The notes under the pieces: generated by a model | The model's input: the letters and a program-made list of their open reading frames with translations, nothing else | The model's database searches: none | What the model was told of the DNA's origin: nothing | Program-made: the position numbers and the translations under genes | Shown: positions 59,261 to 64,000 of the stretch, piece after piece | How positions within the stretch are numbered: the stretch's first letter is position 1 | How the letters are laid out: each line of letters starts with the position of its first letter | NCBI GenBank assembly: GCA_036172245.1 | Contig: JAYWIR010000028.1 | Location: forward strand, 1,922,001-1,986,000 | Direction of reading: 5' to 3' | Source of the DNA: Raillietiella orientalis | Lineage: Eukaryota | DNA: 64,000 nucleotides

Positions 59261-62200
59261 CTCTTTCTAAAAATTATGCATGCACTTTTATTTGCAGACG
59301 AAATAATTTTTAGATTTGAACTTTTTTTCAAACTAGGGGCTTCCGATGAAGGGAGGTGTCGAGTCCAGAGGTGCCTCTGGCTGGTAGGTCTCAGAATGAG
59401 CACCGCTGATCCACACCGTCCACCTAGAAAATCAGTCCAGGGAACAGGGTTCGTGGCATGACTGCCAGGGAACAGTGGGCGGCAATGCACATAGGAAGGG
59501 CGATCCAAGTTCTTTCCCTCAAGAGAGATGTTGCGCAAGCGCGAAGAGAAGTCGGAGAAAGCTGACGGAGAAGGGCTTCGTAGGTATTCGAACAGCACAC
59601 CCCAGCGTGCGTGGCATTCAGTGCCTATCCGTGACACGCATAAAGGTTGTCCAGAATATCATTAGTAAAAAAGCTCTCATTATTCGAGTTCCTGATTACA
59701 GTCTTTCCTGAAGGGGGATCGTTGAAAAATTAGAAGCAGAGGGGCGAAGCGTCACTCGTTCGTTACTCAGAAATCACCACAAGCAGGCACATCCGATCAG
59801 CGTCCTACGAACGATAGGCAGCGACTTCCCACATATTCCGACAGGCAGCCGAAAATGTCGGATTCGTTACCTTCGATTGGGCGATACTCCGTGAAAAGTC
59901 GTGCATTCCATCAGGGAACGCAAATCACCTACACGCGAATGGGCACAGGCATCTCCTACTCCTGGAGGGAAAAATGAAAAATCCTCCTCCTGGACAAGGA
60001 AGGCTTCCAAGGAGAGATCTTCATTACGTGTGACAGTGGAGACCATCGTTAAAAGGAGCACTGCAAACGGAACGGAGCCCCGCTGTCTCAATAGCGACGA
60101 TCCGCTGTAGATGATCGGATGGGACTTTTTTTTTTTTTTTATTATTCTCTACATTTCACCGAAAATCCAACGAGTGCTGACCTCCTCTTCCAAGAATACG
60201 TGGCGAAACCTCTACTTTCTGCTATGAAAAACGAATATTCAATAGGTTACAATCAGTGATGATGAGGGACTCCACAGTTTCCACCTCAGTTCATCCTGTC
60301 CACCCAGTCTTCCAGATAGGGATGCGATCTCAAGGAGGCTACTGAGGCGGAAACTGGTGATCTAGATGAGATCATGCATATGAGAGTCAACATGCATATC
60401 TCGCAGATTTTCGAACGCAACCGTTTCTCTTCTCAAGCTCTCTTTGGCTCCTAGCGGGCATCGAGCCCTTCTTCCGACGCTCCTCTGGTGAAAGAGGAGT
60501 ATTCTTTCTTCTCCACCTGGTGTTCCTTCTTGTTCTCTCTCTCTTCGTCACAAGCGCCACAGAATTCTCTAAAGTGAGGTCAAGTTGCGCGAATCACTGC
60601 GCCTGACTTAGATGCACCAGAGAAAATCGTCTCGTTTCATCCTGACGGAGATGCATGAACGGAGGCGCACCAAAGCACCAGTTCCTCATCCCTTGGGGAA
60701 GGAATGAAACCGGGCCCTATCCCTCGCGATGCTCCCCTTGCAGCTACTGCAGCTGTCTTCACCGGACCCTTGTCTGTTGCGAGATCCTCATCATGGCTCA
60801 TCAGGATGACCTTTCGTCCCGGCTTCCTGCTCGCCGAGTTCCTCACTCCAGGAAGAGCGGTGTTCGCCTCGCGAGGCGCCCCTTCCGCACCCACGCGTGC
60901 TTTTGCGCGACCATCGAATGCTCCTTCGACCTCGGGCACCGAAGACAGCAGCAACGTGATGCACCTGCGTCGCTGGAACGGTGCGTCACTTGTCAGAACA
61001 AATGTGCCAAGGCACAGGACCGCTCGCCCGTGCCAGATCGGCCAGGGAAGGACGCCGGTCGTGCTAGACGTCTAGTCCAAGACCGGTTCGCTCCACAGTC
61101 TCCTCCACGCCGAGGAGGGAGGCAAGGCAGTCGCTCGCCCACATCACCTGCGGAGCGACGTGAATCGAGAGGAGGAAGGGAGTTCGAAGTCGACCGCTCG
61201 CCCTCGCCAGTGGCGCGACAAGTCTCCGCGCCAGCACGAATGCAGTCTAGTGGAGACGCTGGAAAAAGCGGTGCAGAAGCGACCCTGAAAGATGCCTGCA
61301 ACCTGCACTCTTGACTTTTGCCCCGGTACAAAGGGCCGAATGGTTGCAGCGCTCCAGCTCCCTGGTGACGCCTTTGCAGTCGCATCTCTTTGGGGATGCG
61401 GAGGGATCACCCGTGTCCCCGATGCGACTCACAGCTCGCAAGTATATGACCGCTGACCTCACATCGCCCACCTCCTTCCTCGCATTTCTTTCTTTCGTCC
61501 GCGGACCCTCGACAGATCGCGGCGGCCGACCTGAGAGCCAGAGGCCGGCCTCCCTCGAGTTCCACTTTGTTCTTTTGGTGCGCATCCGGGAAGCGGCCGC
61601 CTCGGCGCCTCCACGGCGGCGCCTTCGAATTTGTTCGACTGGAGTCACCCCGGCAGGATTTAGCGACATCTTCGCCCCTCCCCCTCCTTTCGTTTCCATG
61701 GTAAAGAACCGACCCCTCACGAGCCGCTTCGCGCGGAGGAGGCCGCTGCTCGTTTGGGGGTTCCTTGTGGAGCCGCGCACCGGGAAGAGGGCCTTTCGCT
61801 CTTGACGCGGACGGCGCTTCGGGAGGCAAGACCGCAACGGATGGCTGCGGCTATGGCCCCCACGCTGTCCTCTTGCTCGACGCGAGGAGGAACTAAGGGA
61901 GATTTCCGTCACCAAGAGGCGTGGGCGGACATCCTACGAATGGGGGAGAGCAAATGGAGCCAAGTGCCGCGTAGGGTCAAAGGCAGTCATCAGAGGTGAG
62001 ATGTACCGTGAGAGGGGGAACTGCTGGTAGATCCACGTCCCCGAGGGATTACACTGAGGGATCGATCAGGGGTCTCTCCGCGGGAGGATATGGAAGAAGT
62101 CAGGGACGAGCCCCGAGGGAGAAGAGGTGCCTGCTTCTGGGAAGGAATGGAATGCTCCGCTGTCTTGCCCGTGACCCTTCTGTCTCCTCCCCCCCGGAGA

Positions 62201-64000
62201 AAAAACGGCTCGGGAAAGCAGGAAGTCAGCCGCCCATCGCCGCCTCCTGCTGCACCTACAGGATAAAAGAATGGGGATGAGGGCTGATCGGCGCAGCGTG
62301 GGAGGCAAACTGCTAGGGGACTTCAACCCCATTCCACCACGGAGGACGCCTCGCACAGACTCACGCCCGAAAACTCTGCCTGGGGCTCTCAAAGGCGAGA
62401 AGATTTCCCTGGAATGCTCCAAGAGGGAGGGGTTTGAAATTTCGGCCTTCTCAGTCGGTGCTGCCTCTATGGTTTCTCCGCGTTCCCTCACCGTCTTTCC
62501 GGAGGTACCCTGGTGGTGAGTGACCTTCTCCCGAGGAACGAGGGTCGGGAACCACGTGGTTGCCGCGCTCCAGAGGCTGTACCAGGGCTGAAACGCGCGC
62601 TCCAGCGACGCCCCGACTCCCCGATACCCCAAGGCACCTGCCCAGAGGAAGATCCTCACCCCCTCTTCCGGTTGTTCTTTCCTCCCCAAGTCTTGAAATC
62701 CCCTGCCTCTAGCGGAAACCACGGCACCTTCCCGAGGTGAAAGAAGGGCATGGCTGCCATCCATGGGAGGTTTCCAGGATCCCCTCGAGAATCGTCGCAT
62801 CCCTCTCGAGGGGAGCGGCGATTCCTACTCCTCGGCTCCAAGTCGGGAAGACGACACCGATTCGTTAGGGCGCCTCAGGGCAAGTAAGGATGGACTCCGC
62901 CAGAAGTTCGGGGCGTCGCATCTGCTCCCTTCGCGTCCTCTCCAGAAGCGGCCCCCAAGGAAGTGGGGAAGCCACCCTCGTGGTTGTTGTTGTTGTCATC
63001 ACGGGGCCGACCACCCTGTTTGTTCGTCCATCGGCCCTCGTCTTCTCTCGTCGAGTCCCCAGCAGGGATACGGACCACGGAGGTTCATATCCGCTGAGGA
63101 TGTCCCTTCCGTCTCATGGATTTCATCTATGTAGTTTCGCTCCCACTCCCCACCCCCCAGGCTCTCCACGGTAGGGATGCGCCTCATCCCAGCCTCCTCT
63201 TCCTCCTCCTTCCTCATGTCGCGGTCGTGGAATCGCTTCTTGGAGAAGGTGGATCCGGGGCGAGACAGGGTGCCCTCTGCCTTCCGGCACGAGCACTCAC
63301 CTCACCCCCCCTTTTCTCCCGGGGATCCGCCGCGCGGTCTCCGAAGCGGCGGAAAGCCCAGATTCTCCGTCCTTTTCTCCCAGGGACGCTTCCAGGAGAC
63401 TTCCAGGCGATCCGCGCCGCTCGAAGCTCCCCGGGGAACGAGTGCGAGCACGTATCCCTTCCGTTCCCCCACCCCCTTCCTCGTTCCCGAGATCCTTGTT
63501 CCTTGTACTTCCTCGTTCCCGAGCGCGATCGAACTGACCCTCAGCTTCAGCAGTGGCTGTCCCGCACCAGTGCCTTCCAGATGAGCTTCGGTGAGGGTGG
63601 AGCTCCCTGGGAGCGCGGCCCGCGGGAGGCAGTCGGGTACGGTTCAGGGGCTGCCGCTTTGGAGCCGCCGATGCTCTCCTCGCGCGCACGCGCACGTGGA
63701 ATCGCTGCCATGGCGCCCAGAGAGAAGATCCTCTCCCGCTGGCATCTCCTCTCGGCAGATCGATTTCCCTCCCAACTGATCCCCGCCTTCTTATCTTGGA
63801 CCGCCGGGCCATTTATTTTAGGTGGATAAATGAAATTCTCTCAGTATACGAGGGGCCGGTATGCGTTGGCCCCTTATCCACGGGGAAGGCCCTCGCTGGG
63901 GACTGGACTAAGAGAGGGAAGGACAATACGTAGGAAACGGGCTGCTTCGGTCCCGCAATACTCAGCACGATCCCCGAGGACCTGCGTCGGGCAGGAAAGG

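Noticed and set aside
60637..61915. Several 100-220 aa ORFs on both strands
   Set aside because: No domain was recognised and no consistent exon chain could be built. They cannot be supported without transcript data.

Overview
This window is eukaryotic animal genomic DNA, most likely arthropod, inferred from a clip-domain protease, ~45-70 nt GT-AG introns and CpG-depleted housekeeping gene bodies. The six-frame ORF track is therefore mostly noise, and the real genes had to be assembled by hand from spliced exons. Four intron-containing genes were reconstructed, each with consistent exon phases: (1) a TMIE-like single-pass membrane protein (+, 14579-~15102), (2) a UPF0047/YjbQ-family protein (-, 22018-24045), (3) syntaxin-17 (-, 35139-36641), and (4) a secreted clip-domain trypsin-like serine protease (+, 41400-50523). 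The window may also begin in the last exon(s) of an unidentified gene. At least six copies of one tRNA-derived SINE family (~550 bp when full length, His-tRNA-like head) are scattered through the window. Other structure includes a ~650 bp fold-back (inverted repeat), a diverged local direct repeat, several strong hairpins, and sharply bounded CpG-depleted domains over the two housekeeping genes. I found no prokaryotic-type system (CRISPR, operon, etc.). Family assignments rest on recognised motifs, not on database searches.
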